Origin: Malacoraja senta
Lineage: Eukaryota
DNA: 64,000 nt
Reading direction: 5' to 3'
Assembly (NCBI GenBank): GCA_038087875.1
Contig: CM075989.1
Location: 7,194,001 to 7,258,000 of the forward strand
Shown here: piece by piece, positions 24,955 through 39,092 of the stretch
How positions within the stretch are numbered: position 1 is the first letter of the stretch
Layout: every line of letters starts with the position of its first letter
Position numbers and translations under genes: made by a program
Notes under the pieces: generated by a model
Database searches by the model: none
What the model saw: only the letters and a program-made list of their open reading frames with translations
What the model was told of the DNA's origin: nothing

Positions 24955-25800
24955 GGTGATGTGCCTCAATGACTATCGACCAGTGGCACTAACGCCTGTG
25001 GTGATGAAGTGCTTTGAGAGGTTGTGCTGGCACCAAATGTGCCAGCACAATAACCTGGCCCTCAACACCAGCAAAACCAAGGAACTGATTGTGAGCTTTG
25101 GAAGGGGTAGGATGGGGACCCATAGTCCCGTTTATATCAATGGGTCGATGGTGGAGAGGGTCAAGAGCTTCAAATTCCTGGGCGTGCATATCTCTGAAGA
25201 TCTCTCCTGGTCCGAGAACACTGATGCAATTATAAAGAAAGCTCATCAGCACCTCTACTTCCTGAGACGATTACAGAGAGTCGGTTTGTCAAGGAGGACT
25301 CTCTAACTTCTACAGGTGCATCGTGGCTTGGTTCGGCAACTTGAGCGCCCAGGAGCGGAAAAGACTACAAAAAGTAGTAAACACTGCCTGTCCAACATCG
25401 GCTCTGACCTCCCGTCCGTCGAGGGGATTTATCGCAGTCGCTGCCTCAAAAAGGCTGCCAGCATCATCAAGGGTCCACACCATCCTGGCTATTCACTCAT
25501 CTCCCCGCTGCATTCAGGTAGAAGGTACAGGAGCCTGAAATCTGCAACATCCAGGTTCAGGAATAGCTGCTTCCCCACAGCCATCAGGCTATTAAACTCA
25601 ACTCAAACAAAACTCTGATCATTAATAGCCCATTGCACTTTATCTGTTTATTTATGTGTTTATATATATATTCATTGCGATATGGTCACACTGATCTGTT
25701 CTGTATTTATTTATGCCTACTATATTCTGTTGTGTTGAAGCAAAGCCAGAATTTCATTGTCCGATCTGGGACACATGACAATAAACTCTCTTGAATCTTG
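24955..25800 (+). mobile_element. Rex1/Babar LINE with internal deletions
   Basis: [20 protein letters not shown] joined directly to [15 protein letters not shown]...[15 protein letters not shown]-terminal SGRRYRS; AATAAA and cttgaatcttga tail. Confidence 0.85.
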
Positions 25801-27481
25801 AAATGGGTGTACACCAGGATGGGGCACTGGGGTGGGGGTGGGACGGGAAGTAGGGGGTTTTACTTAAAATTGGAATTTTAATTGGAATTCTACCCAAATG
25901 GAATGGGATTTACATGTTTCCTCAAAACATTGAAATCATTTTTTATGTTCATAGAAGGCCTATTGGGCCTGTGCTGATATCTGGAGTAATCCCATTGCAC
26001 CACTAACCTTTCCTGTAACCCATTCTACCTGCTCCCACCTCTCTTTCTTCTCCCCCACCTCACCCCAACTATCCCCATTGTCTCCTCCCCAATTCCAGTG
26101 CTCATTTACATACGGGGGCATTTTATTTCTACAATGGTTACTTATCCTACCCATCTGCACATCTTTAGGCTGTGGGGGGAATCTCACATGGGATGGGATA
26201 CTGCAAACTCCACCCAGGCAGCGCTGGAGGTTAGGTTTAAACCCAGACTGCCAACGCTGGGAGACAGCAGCTCTACAATTGACATAACCTCTGTGCTACT
26301 CAGAATGCTAAACTTAAAGAAGCAACTATTTATGGAAAAACAGCCATCAACATGTGCATGTTTTCTGCAAAATGGTACTGACCTGGAAACTGCTTGGATG
26401 ATGTTGTCCTATGTTTAAATAGCTGTCCAGATAGTTGAATACACAGTCCCTCTGGCACTCTAGATGGTGTACCAAGGGAGGGCTGCATTGCTGGCAAATG
26501 TGATCTTTTGAATAAAATGTTAAATTAATGTCATGTCCTCTTTGGGATCTTCTGGGGCCTGTACTGGCTGGGTACACTAGGCCTGTACTCAATAGACAAT
26601 AGGTGCAGGAGTAGGCCCTTCGAGCCAGCACCGCCATTCAATGTGATCATGGCTGATCATCCACAATCAGTACCCCGTTCCTGCCTTATCCCCATATCCC
26701 ATGACTGCTGTCATTAAGAGCCCTATCTAGCTCTCTTGAAAGTATCCAGAGAACTGCCCTCTGAGGCAGAGAATTCCACAGGCACACAACTCTCTGTGTG
26801 AAAGTGTTTCCTCATCTCCGTTCTAAATGGCTTACCCCTTATTCTTAAACAGTGGCCCCTGGTTCTGGACTCCCCCAACTCAATGGTACACTGGGTCTGT
26901 ACTCACTGGGTACACTGGGTCTGTACTCACTGGAGTTTAGAAAGGTGAGGGAGGACTTCATTGAAACTTACCGAATAGTGAAATGCCTGGATAGAGTGGA
27001 TGTGGAGAGGATGTTTCCACTAGTCAGAGTCTAGGACCAGAAAGCACAGCCTCAGAATAAAAGGATGTTCCTATTTAAAAAGGAGATGAGTAGTTTCTTT
27101 AGTCGGAGGGTGTTGAATCTGTGGAGGCCAAGTCATGAGGAATTTTAAACTTGGAGATTGACAGTTCTTGATTTATGTCAAAGGTTATGGAGACAAGGCA
27201 GGAGAATGGCATGAGAGGGGAAGAAAGATCAGCCATGATTGAATGGTAAGTAGACTCGATGGGCGAACTGGCCTAATTCTGCTCCGATTACATGAATTTA
27301 TGAACTACTTGTGTCAACTGGAAATACATGGTACTTCGTTTTCATCAAATAAAGTGACAAATTCACAAGTTGTAGGAGTAGAATTGGGCTATTCGGCCCA
27401 TCGAGTCTACTTACCATTCAATCATGGCTGATTTCTGCCTCCTCATCCTATTTTCCTGTCTTTTCCCCATATCCCTTGAGA

Positions 27482-28269
27482 CCGCTTCCGGTTGGCGGCG
27501 TGACTCGCATTGCAGCGGCCCCTGCAGCCTGTCTGTCTTTTTTTTAATTTTTTGTCTAGTTAAATGTAGTTGTTGTGTTCTTTTATACTGTTTTAACTCT
27601 GTATATGTGGGGGGCGGGGAACTTTAAAAATCTCTTCCCTGCATGGGAGACCCAACCTTTTTCCTGTCGGGTGTCCGTTGTCGTTGGGGCCTAGTACCGT
27701 GGAGCGGCCTCCAACTGGAACGCCCTGGGGGGCTCCAGTCACGGAACCTGCGGACTACTTACCATCGTGGGGCTGGCCGGCCTCGGAGCGTGGGGCAGGA
27801 ACATCGGGAGCTCGCGGGTCCTGGTGGGAGACTGCTTTTCGGAGCTCCGCAACGCAACTTCTCCTGCCCGTGTCGCAGGGTTGGAACAACCCGGAGCGGG
27901 GCCGTACAAGGCGCAGCTTTAATGGCCGCGGGACACGCCAACGCCTGCCGGGGAGCTCCAACTTTGAGACATTAAGACCTGGAGTGGGGCCGTACATCGC
28001 CCGGCGCGGCCTTAACAGCCGTGGGACTTACCATCACCCGCCTGGGGCTTCAACATCGGGAGAAAAATGGTGCACAGGGGAGAGAAAAGACTTTGCCTTC
28101 CATCACAGTGAGGAGGAGATTCACTGTGATGGATGTTTGCGTAAATTGAATTGTTTGTGTGTCTTGTAGAAATTGTTTTGTTTGTATGGCTGTGGAAACA
28201 GAGTTTCGTTTGAGCCTCATTGAGGTTCAAATGACAATGAATAAATATTGTATATTGTATTGTATTGTA
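27482..28269 (+). mobile_element. CpG-rich non-autonomous retroelement, family uncertain
   Basis: Starts ccgcttccggttggcggcg and ends AATAAA plus (ATTGT)n. Its 3' part (gactttgccttccatcacagtgaggag) recurs at ~13054-13235. Confidence 0.55.
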
Positions 28270-29779
28270 CCTGTTCCCTCAAAGAGTACAGTCTTCCTCC
28301 AGTGAACCATCTAGAGTGCCAGCCTGCACTGCATGGTTCAATATCTGAAGAGGAAGTTGAACCTGGTGGGGAAAGAACTCCACTGATTCAGTCAATCTTT
28401 ATGGGTGGCAGGATAGTTCTGCAGTTAGTATTGCTACTTCACACCCCGGCGACCTGAGTTTGATCCTGACCTCCTTGACGCTGGGTTTGTATTTTCTCTC
28501 TCTACGACTTGCTCCATCTCACCAGATACTCCGGTTTTCTACCACATCTCAAAACATGTGTTAGAAGGTTGATCGACCCTTTGAAGTTGCCCTGTCTGAA
28601 TGTGGGCTCCTGGATTTAAAAAAATGCTATTAATGGAAACGCTAGGAACAGCAGGTGTTGGAATCATGAGGAAAACACAAAGTGCTGGAGGAATTCAGTG
28701 GGTCAGGTAGCATCTGAGAGAGGGATTCAACAGGTGATGTTTGAGTCGGGACCTTTCTTCAAACTGAAGTCAACTTTCCATTTACTCCATTAATTCCCTA
28801 ACCTGATATGTCATCTTTCCATTCCCTCCATTGATGCTTCCGTTGAACTCCTCCAGTACTTTGTTTTGTTCAGAGGCTGTTGGTGTATGTGTGTGTGTGT
28901 GTGTGCGCACATATGCCTGAGAGAGAATGGACCTGATGGGTTTACTGGCAACCCCTTGTCATTATGTTCGTTGATGTTCACTCTCTTAAAAAGAAACCTA
29001 TAACATGCGAACCATATTCTGCCAGTCCAAAAGAAATGTCTCAACTTGCATTAAAATAATTGTTCCCAGGACACAAGCAGAGGGTTTAGCAGTAGGCCAA
29101 AAGCAGAGCGTTGATGAACAAGAAACAAAAACAAGATATTTTTAAGGTTGTCATAAAGGTGGTGAAGGTGACCAAATGAGAGGCGTTTTGCAAAACAAAT
29201 TCCCAAACTAGAAATTAAGGTTAAAGAGCATGTCGTCGGTGTGGGAGGCAGAGGTGGATTAGTGGCCAGAGAAGGTTAAGAATATAAAAAGTTGGAACGA
29301 AGAACAGATTTAAACTTGCAAATGAACACTTTGAGTCTGAGGTGGTCATTTTCCTTTCTTTGGGGGACATCGTGCTTTGTGAACATTGGGGGAAAGGTGC
29401 TTTCAAAATACCACTTCTCACTTGAACATGTGCAATTTTGATGGATTTACTAAGAATGTGCGCTTTATTTCATTGGCTATTTAATCCACACCCTTCACCA
29501 GGCAAATCATTAACAGTCTCTTAATTATTTGTATGGTGCAGGTATGTGTAATGACCTTGGAAAGTGTTCCAGCAAAAAGTATCAATGATAAAATTACCTG
29601 GCCCTAATTAACATTACTTTGGAACATTGTTCCTCAAGACCATGAGGTGTATGGTTTTGTGTATGGCATATCTGGAAAAACATCAGATTTGAGATTGCAG
29701 ATTATTTGAGATTGCAGTTTATTAGCCGGCGCGTGGTCTTTCTCATGAGGGAGTTTATCTCACAGATAGCACCATCAAA

Positions 29780-30305
29780 TTTATTGGGAAGCATCACAGC
29801 ATGGTTTGGACCACAGGAAATTGCACAGAATTGTGAATGCAGCCCAGACCATCACACAAAATCAACCTCCTCTCCATTGACTCCATTTATACCTCACGCT
29901 GCTTCAGCAAGACCACCTGTGCAATCAAGGACGAATCGTGCCCTGGCCACTCCCTCTTCTCCCCTCTCCCATCGGGCAAAAGGTATGAAAACGCACACCA
30001 CCAGATTCGGGGACAGTTTCTTCCCAACTGTTATCAGGCAACTGAACCATCCTACCAACAACTAGAGAGCGGTCCTCAGCTACTATCTACCTCATTGGAG
30101 ACCCTCGGACTATCTTTGATCGGACTTTACTGGCTTTATCTTGCACTAAATATTATTTACATTATTCCCTTTATAATATATTTGTACACTGTGAATGGCT
30201 TGATTGTAATCATGTACAGTGTATTTATCCGCTGACTGGTTAGCACGCAACAAAAGCTTATCACTGTACCTCTGTATGCATGAGAATAAATTAAACTCAA
30301 ACTCA
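29780..30305 (+). mobile_element. Rex1/Babar LINE 3' fragment
   Basis: IKDESCPGHSLFSPLPSGKRY...FFPTVIRQLN; AATAAA and (AAACTC)n tail. Confidence 0.75.
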
Positions 30306-31484
30306 AATTTACGTCAAGGTCCATTATAACGTATCACAGACACTGGCAGAGGAGGGGTTGAATTGCTGACAGAGTGTGGTGTGGCCTCATTGTCTGTTAA
30401 TTATGTAGTCTTGGCCAGAGTCTCCCTTGGCCTCTGAGTAATTGCCACAGTTGTGCAGGTGCAGTTCCAAGGTTGCGATGGGTGGTGCGATTGGTGCATG
30501 GGGCAGAACGATCTGCAGTGCGTACCAAGTGGGGGAGAGTTTTGCTGGGCAGCCAGAAAAGGAGAGCGTGCCGTTTCACAGAGCTGATGTCCAAAATGGA
30601 AAAGGATAACCTTTCATCTGCATGATGCCAAAAAACAAATGCTCCCTAGTAGTCGCCTCCCTCAAATGTCTCCACCGTGTCTGTCTGCACTGCCTCCCTT
30701 GGCATGATGAGCTCAATAAAGTAGAAAGCCTTTTTTTTTTAATCGAGGGAGGGTACGTTAATGACTAAGAAAGCTTTTATTATTCTGGTGAGGCCTTGGC
30801 AAGATCTATTTATGTGTGGAATAATGAAGCAAGGGAGTGATTTATGCATTGGGAGGCTAATCACAGGATGCAGATGGCATCCCATACAGAGTTATTTGTA
30901 TGTCAACTTGGCTGACAGGTGTCCATGGCAATGACATCATCCTGACTACAAATTAAATGCTAAATGTTATTAACAGCCATTACAGAATGGTATCTGTGCG
31001 TATGTATAAGGATAGGCATCGCTGATTTAGAGGGTAATGGACTGTTATTGCAAGATTCTTGTCAAATTGTTCTATCAAAATCGCAGTGTAATTTCATTTA
31101 ATACTCTATGAAAAACTTCCTGCCATGTGACAAAGAAACAACACAAACGCATAATAGCGGCAGGCTAAGAGACCAATAAATGGAAACATTTGAACGGTGG
31201 ATAAACGATATGCATCTTGCCATGTAGTTTATTTCTGAACTGAGCTGTGTTGCATCAGTTCAAGAGTCAGTTGTTGTCACTGTGGTCATAGGAACAGAAT
31301 GGAGTTGGTATGTTATTTTTACACAGCGATCCATTGAGATTTTTCCATCAACATTTCAGTGTTCACCAGAACCGTAGAAATTGGATGTGTAGGAAGGAAC
31401 TACAGATGCTGGTTTACACCAAAGATAGGCACAAAATGCTGGAATAATTTAGCGGGACAGGCAGCAGCGTTGGAGAGAAGGAAA

Positions 31485-31815
31485 CATAGACATAGAAACA
31501 TAGAAAATAGCTGCAGGAGGAGGCCATTCAATAACCCGTGCCTGCCTTTTCCCCATATCCCTTGATTCCACCAGCCCCTAGAGCTCTATCTAACCCTCTC
31601 TTAAATCCATCCAGTGATTTGGCCCCCACTGCCCTCTGTGGCAGGGAATTCCACAAATTCACAACTCTCTGGGTGAAAAAGTTTTTTCTCACCTCAGTCC
31701 TAAATGGCCTCCCCTTTATTCTAAGACTGTGGCCCCTGGTTCTGGACTCGCCCAACATTGGAAACATTTTTCCTGCATCTAGCTTGTCCAGTCCTTTTAT
31801 GATTTTATGTGTTTC
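31485..31815 (-). mobile_element. CR1-like LINE 3' end inserted in a Penelope-derived arm
   Basis: ETHKIIKGLDKLDAGKMFP...FFTQRVVNLWNSLP; (TCTATGTT)n-like tail. Confidence 0.85.
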
Positions 31816-34800
31816 AGAGATGTGAATGTGTGATGTTTTGGGTCGAGACCCTTCTTCAGAAATTGTATACTGCAATTTATGTTGAGCTTGGAGCATGTCT
31901 TTGAGGCATTGAACAGGTTGACTGTCGGAGCCTTTTTTCCTCAGGGTGCAAATGCCAAAGATTAGAGGGCATAGCTTGAAGTTCAGGGTGGCAAAGTTTA
32001 GAATAGATGTATATTGAAAGTTTTTTTTACACAGTGCAGGTGAGTGCAGGGCACCCACTGCCAGGAGTTCTGGTGGAGCCAGATGGGACAGTGGCATTTA
32101 AGAGGTTTTTGGATGGGGGTGTGGATTTAATGGGAATGGAGGGATATGGGCCATGTGCAGGCAGATAACATGAGTTTAATTTAGCATAATGTTTGCGACA
32201 TTGTGGTCCAACGGTCTATTCCTGGGGTGAACTGTTTAATGTTCTATTTCTGCAGGAAACGAGTTGAACTGAGATCAGACAAGGTTGGCTCGAGGTATGG
32301 CAATAAGGAACTGAAGATGCTGATTTATTAAAAAGGATACAAAGTGCTGGAGTAACTCCATGGGTCAGGCACATCTCTGGAGAACATGGATAGGTCACAT
32401 TACAGTCGGGACCCTTCTTCTGACTCTAGTCTAAAGAAGGGTCCCATCCCAAAACGTTACCTATCCATGTTCTCTAGAGATGCTGCCTGTACCACAGAGT
32501 TACTCCAGCACTTTTTGCTCTTTTGGTTCTAGGTCTGTCATTTGCAATGCTAAAGCTATTTGGGATGGTGGATTAAGGACATTGTACTAGATCCATAAAT
32601 TGGCCTGAATGCAGTTTTCCTGGACTACATTAATGCCAACTTAAGTTTCACTTGCAGATTGCCCATTGTCAGCCAAAGAACATATTTTCACATGACGTAC
32701 GTTGATGGTGAATCTCCAGAAATCTTCCTCATTGGGTGGGTGGAAACTTTGTGACTGTTTAATCCAGCATGTCAACATTCTTTTCAATTATCCATTCACA
32801 CTGACAATGTTGGGATGAAGGTGTGATCAAAAATATTTGAAATCCATGTCTTTCTGGATCCAGAATCCTGACCTTGCTCAACTCTGTGGTGGAGTCTGAT
32901 TGGTTATGGTTGTTGTTTGATCTTAAAAGGTTACACCCAGAATATAAGTGCACTCGCACTTGTCGTCTCGTACACTTCCATTCCAGCTAACATTTCCGGA
33001 ATTTTTAGTTCTTAATTCTTTTAGGATTCTCTAGCTTGTGATTCCTCGCATGTGAATTGTCTAGGTCCTGTTTCAGTTGAGTGATTGAAAGCTACCTTTC
33101 CCCTGAAATAGGATGCAATTTGCTGCAGTAACTCAGTGGGTCAGGCAACATTTCTGGTGAACATGGATAGATGGCTGGAGCAATCTCAAGAAGGGTCCTG
33201 ATCTGAAACATCACCTCTCCATGTTCTCCAGAGATGCTGACTGGCCCGCTGAGTTACTCCGGCACTTGGTGCCTTTTTTTGTTGTAAATCAGCTTCTGCA
33301 GTTCCTTGTATCTGCTAACGTTCACCTGCCTGGATTGTGGGATTTGGTTTTTCTTGTACAGAGGAATTAGTAGCATGAGTGACTGCTTTAGCTGTCTCCG
33401 AGAACAAAGAATTGAACACTGGCTGTTGTTGATGGAGAGCTTGTTCTTTCCAAAGAAAGACAGTTTTAACAATTGTTTTTTTTTTTTGTGGTCATTGACA
33501 ATTTTTTAATACCATTGAAGCCAATTGTTATTTGGATGGCATCTTCCTCTGAAGTACAATAGTGTGCCTTTATCATGATGACAGCCATAGGGAGTAAGTG
33601 GTGACCTTGTTCTACTGATCCTACCTTCCCAAAATATGGAATCGTAGAAAGTTAAAGAGATGTAATCCCATTCCACACTTTGGACATTTCTTGGTCTATC
33701 GTGCATTCAAAACCGGAATGTTAATCGAACTTTTGCTGACGACCCATCAGCAGGCCTTAATCAGTTCAGTTCTGTTTTATTTGTCATATGTAAGTTAACA
33801 CAGGGTCAACGGTACAATGAAATGTGTTTGACAAGACAACGGGTCACCTCAGCAATGATATTACAAGGATAAAATTAAGGTTAAAAAAGATAAGATAAAA
33901 GTGACATTGGTAGGTAAAAGACAATAATAAATAGAATAATCAACATGATTAAGCTGTGAGGATAGTATGTTGACATTTGGGCTTGGGTGGTGTGTTTACC
34001 ATCTTTTTAGGATGGTTATAGAAATACTGCAAATACATTTTTTTTTAAAATTGGCTCTTCTGTACAAAAATTGGGTCTTTGGGTTGCTCTTGGAGGATTG
34101 GAGATTTGAGTCCCACTGAAGAAATTGTCCAGATTTAATCTGAAGTTGCAAGGTGGTGGCTAGAGTTTAATGACTGGGGCTAATGATGGTTGCACTATCG
34201 GCACTGTCATCCTCGGTCATTAAAGTCTAGGTTTATTTGCCCCTCCTGATGGCTGAAGTGGAAACTCCTGTCCGTGGTGTACTGATGTGAAGACAATGGT
34301 GTATCATGACCCATTCTCCTCCTTCGCCAAGCAGTCAAAACCAGATTAACCAGTTGTTTCGTTCCTGTTTTTATTGCAGCACTCTGTGTGCTTTCTTCAG
34401 AGAGCATTTTAAAATTGACTGTAAATAGAAATTCTTTGACACATACGAGTCCAGTGATGAGTTTCACTTTACCACTTTGTTCTTCCACTGCATGGTTAGT
34501 GGTTTCAGATGTGAAGAGGAACCTGTGGGGTTAATAAGTGGGAGAGAAATAGTTGTATTGGGCTGGGCTGTCACAGATAAACTCACTTTGCCTGACAGAG
34601 CATGGCCTTGCCCAACACCTAATTGGTATGGTGTGCCATGATACTGTGCAGACCGCAACCATGGTATGACCAAGCAATTGCGGGCTCGCTCACCCCGATC
34701 TCAAAGGTGTGGCAGAGTTTGGGTGCATTAAATTAAAATAATTCTTGCTTCATTTCAAGAAACAGGTGCAGGTCTTTCTTTCTGATGTTGACCAGTTTGC

Positions 34801-35174
34801 ATTTTTTCTGTTCCCAGTCTTTGATCTCCAAGGTTATCAAAGAACAAAGTTTAAAATGTGGGCAGGGTGATTCTGTTGTCGGGGAAGCTTGGGACAGGGG
34901 TTTTGTCTGCCGACCTTGATATTTCACTTGTGGGTGGGAGTGGCACATATCTTTTGGACACATCTATTTGTTTTGTGTAGGAAGGAACTGCAGATGCTGG
35001 TTTGCACTGAAGATAGACACAAAGTGCTAGTGTAACTCAACGGGTCAGGCTGCAGCTCTGGAGAAAAAGGATGGGTGACGTTTCAGGTCGGAACCCATCT
35101 TCAGGCAGGATCTGAAGAAGAGTCCCAACATGAAACGTCACTCAACAACTTTTCTTTATCTTTAACAATTATCT

Positions 35175-36720
35175 TTAAAAAAGAAGACATCTGTGCAAAC
35201 CTAAAGAATCTGGCGGATTATCACTCCCTAATTTTTTATATTATTACTGGGCCACAAATGTCAAAAATATGATTCACCTGTTGGACAATTCGGCCCAGCA
35301 GGTGGATTGGATAGTAATGGAGAGAGAGGATTGTTCCCCTTTTAATATAGGAGCGATCCTTCTCTTACCAACAAAAATGAAGAATACAATATACAGTAAA
35401 AATCCAATTATTCATAGTACAATTAGAATTTGGAAACAAATAAAATTAACTTTAAAATTAAGAAATCTATTGCTTCTCTCGCCTATAATGAATAACCCTA
35501 TGTTTATACCTTCTATGATAGATAAATCTTTTACAAACTGGGATAGATTAGGAATTAAAACGTTTGGAGATATGTATGATAATGGAAGTTTTTAAGCATT
35601 TCACCAACTACAACTTAAATACAACTTGCGTAGTAATCAATATTTTAAATATTTTCAAATACGTGACTATTTGAAAAAATATACACGAGAATATCAAAAT
35701 ATGTCTCCAGACCTATTAGACGAGATAATGAATATGAAAGCGGAATCAACAACTAATTTAATATCATACCTGTATAATACCATTTAAAACATAGAAACTC
35801 CATCATCTGATAGGATTAGAAGAGATTGGGAACAAGAACTAGCTATAAAAATCTCGATAGAGAGTTGGGATAAACACCTGTTATATGTGCATAAATGCTC
35901 GATTAACGTAAGACATACTCTAATTCAATTTAAAATTTTACATAGATTATACTATTCAAAAGCTAAATTAAGTAAATTTTACCCAAATGTCTCTTCTATC
36001 TGTGATAAATGTCTAACCCAAGAAGCAATTATAGCACATTCTTTTGCTTTTTGTATAAAAATCAAAAATTTTGAAATGGAATCTTTGAAATTTTCACGAA
36101 ATTATTTAAAATAAAACTGAAACCGAATGCAGAACTGATCATTTTTGGAACAATCGAAGCTGACTTCGTTTCAAAGGAGCTTTCTTAATTATGACTTAAT
36201 AACAGCAAAAATACTTATACTGAAAAGTTTGGAAAAACGCTCCCACGCCAACGACAAAAATGTGGATTTCTAATATGTCGGAACTGTTACACCTAGAAGT
36301 TATAAGATTCCTCTTAGCAGGTAAACCAGACCAATTCCAAAAGATTTGGTCTCCATTTATCGACTTATTACAAATATAGGGTGCAACAAAATGTTGATAA
36401 TAAATGGCTTCAGGACCTGGCGAGGGGTGAGTAAAGATATGAAGTAGGTACATCCCTTTTATATAGTACTATCTTATCTTACTTTTTCTTTTTTCTTTTT
36501 CCTGCTTTTGTTTTTTCCCTTTTTTTAAACTATTTCTTGTGGTTTAGGTCCATATGGGTGTTCCTGGACCACTCTTTCAATCACTCACTTTACTAACTCT
36601 TTCTATCCTTTCTCTTATTAAAGTTTAAAATAAGAAGTGGTACAAGAAAAGTATAACCTTATGTTTATTGGAGATCACTGTACTGTACAATACTTCTAAT
36701 AAAAAAATAATTTTAAAAAA
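35175..36720 (+). mobile_element. L1 LINE, 5'-truncated and degraded
   Basis: GGLSLPNF, MIHLLDNSAQQVDWI and HKCSINVRHTLIQFK match the 4797-6344 protein; T-rich 3' UTR, AATAAA and A-rich tail. Confidence 0.9.
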
Positions 36721-36730
36721 AATTAAAAAA

Positions 36731-37949
36731 ATTAAGAAACTTATTATTGTTAATGCCAATAGTGAATAATCCTTCATTTAAACCATCTCTTATTGATAAA
36801 ACATATAACCAATGGGAAAGAATGGGAATTAAAAGGATCGGTGATATGTATGAAATGGGAAACCTGTTATCATTCCAACAATTACAATTAAAATTTAAAC
36901 TGAAAAATAACCAATATTTTAAATATCTTCAGATTTGCGACTTCATGAAGAAATACATACAAAGATATCAAAACATAACTTTTGATCCACTGGAAGAAGC
37001 AATGAATATTAAGGCTGACTCACAGAAATTAATATCATATTTATATAATAGTATTTTAAATATAGACCTACCATCGACAGAGGCACTTAGAGAAGAGTGG
37101 GAACGAGAATTAATGATAAAAATTACAAAGGAAACATGGGAAAAGTATTTGATATATATACACAAATGTTCGATTAATGTAAGACATAATTTAATTCAAT
37201 TTAAAATTTTACATAGATTATATTATTCAAAACTAGATTGAATAAATTCTATCCAAATATGTCCCCCATTTGTGATAAATGTTTATCCCAAAACGCAACT
37301 ATAACACACTCTTTTGGAGTGATATTTTTGAAATATTTACAAAATTATTCAAAATAAAAATGGAACCTAATACTGAAATGATTATATTTGGAGTAATGGA
37401 AGACGGGAATAAATTGAACTCATCTCAAAATTTATTTTTTAATTATGGTTTAATAATGGCAAAAAAACTAATACTTAAATTTTGGAAAAATACACCAATA
37501 CCAATGCTTAAAATGTGGATTTCAAGCATGTTGGACACCGCACACCTTGAGGAAGTGCGATTCCTCCTAATAGATAAATCAGACCAATTCTTAACGAGTT
37601 GGTCTCCATTTGTCGTCTTTTTGGAAGCATATGGTGCAACACAATTGTAGAAGCTAACTGTTCCAGGACTGGGTGAGGGATGGTCAAGATTATAAATAAT
37701 GATCTCCTGAATTTTTTTTACTTTCTACTCTTTTTCTTTCTATCTTTTCTTCATTTTTCTTCTTTCACCTTTTTTTCTTTTTCACACACTATATATCACA
37801 TGTTTTTCTATCTTTTATTATCTATTCTCTCTTTTTCTTCTTCATTATAATAAAAAAAATATGAAGCTGTACATAAAATGTAATATGTCAATATATATTA
37901 AGTACTTTGGTGCCATATGATTGTACTTCTAATAAAATAAAAAATAAAA
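36731..37949 (+). mobile_element. Second L1 LINE, 5'-truncated, abutting the tail of the first
   Basis: PIVNNPSFKPS...HKCSINVRHNLIQFK...LILKFWKN; own 3' UTR and A-rich tail. Confidence 0.9.
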
Positions 37950-38761
37950 CATTTCCAGAGATGCTGCCAGACCAGCTGAGTTTGCGTCTGGCAGTTTTAA
38001 GTGCCCTGATCCACAATCTAACATTTCTGCACACAGTAAAAAGCTTGCTTTCCATTCATCTTTCTATCCCTCTATTTCCTTTTTGCTTGTCCTTCCCTCA
38101 TCTCAACAAAATTATACTCTCAATCAGTAAGGACCTTATTTATTGAGGGAAAAAAAGAGTTGGTGTGGATTTAAAAGTATTTTCTCTACCAAGTTGCTAG
38201 TTCTATGCCACTTTATAATCCAAGTTTCCTCTTGTTCTAGAAGTGCAGGTGTATAAGTGGTCTTCTGGTTGTAATCAACAATATAATCATGTGTGTCCCT
38301 ATGTTATATAAATGGCTCACTATGCCAGGCTGGCCTTGATCTGGAGAGTAGTGTCGACACCCTGCAGAGGTAGGACATATTGATTGGCCTTGTTGTGCTC
38401 CTAATTGGCAAACGTTATTTGAACTTGATAGCCACATTGTAAAATGCAGGTTGAAGCTCTCTAGCCTAGCACTCTTTGATTCAGCTACTTCCCTGGTCTG
38501 ACATGTTTTGAAAATGCAGGAGAAACTCAAAGGGTTGGGCAGTATCTCTGGAGAAAAGGAATAGGTGACATGTTTTTAATCTGTTGCACTGCTCCGTACT
38601 AATTAAACATTATAACTACGATAAATACTAACCTCCAGTTAATATACTCCCCGATGCAACCTTGGGGCAATTCTCGATACCGTTGTGTGATCCAGGGGGC
38701 TTTTGTACTTAATACAAATACTTAATACTTTTGTACTCCTGCTCAGAGTATTATCATGGGG

Positions 38762-39092
38762 TGGTTTTAGATTAGAGATTCAGAGTGGAAACAGGCCCTT
38801 CAGTCCTTTGAGTCCACTGTGACCAGCGATCCCTGTACACTAACACTATCCCCCACACGCGCGCACACGCACACGCACACGCGCACACACACACAAAAAA
38901 TTTACAGATGCCAATTACCGCTGAGAGATACAAACCTGTATTAACAAGTCTTTGAAGTGTGGGAGGAAACCGGTGCTTCTGGAGAAAACTCATGGGGAGA
39001 ATGTACAAACTCCATACTAACAGCACCCGTAGTCAGGATCGAACCCGGGTCACTGGCTTTGTAGGGCAGCAACTCTACCACAGTGCCACCAT
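38762..39092 (-). mobile_element. HE1/V-type SINE with internal (CA/CG)n expansion
   Basis: Family match including the tRNA-like head. Confidence 0.8.

Noticed and set aside
27482..28100. Second CpG-island promoter
   Set aside because: It is bounded by a retroelement-type tail and shares its 3' part with another copy in the window, so it is better explained as a young repeat.
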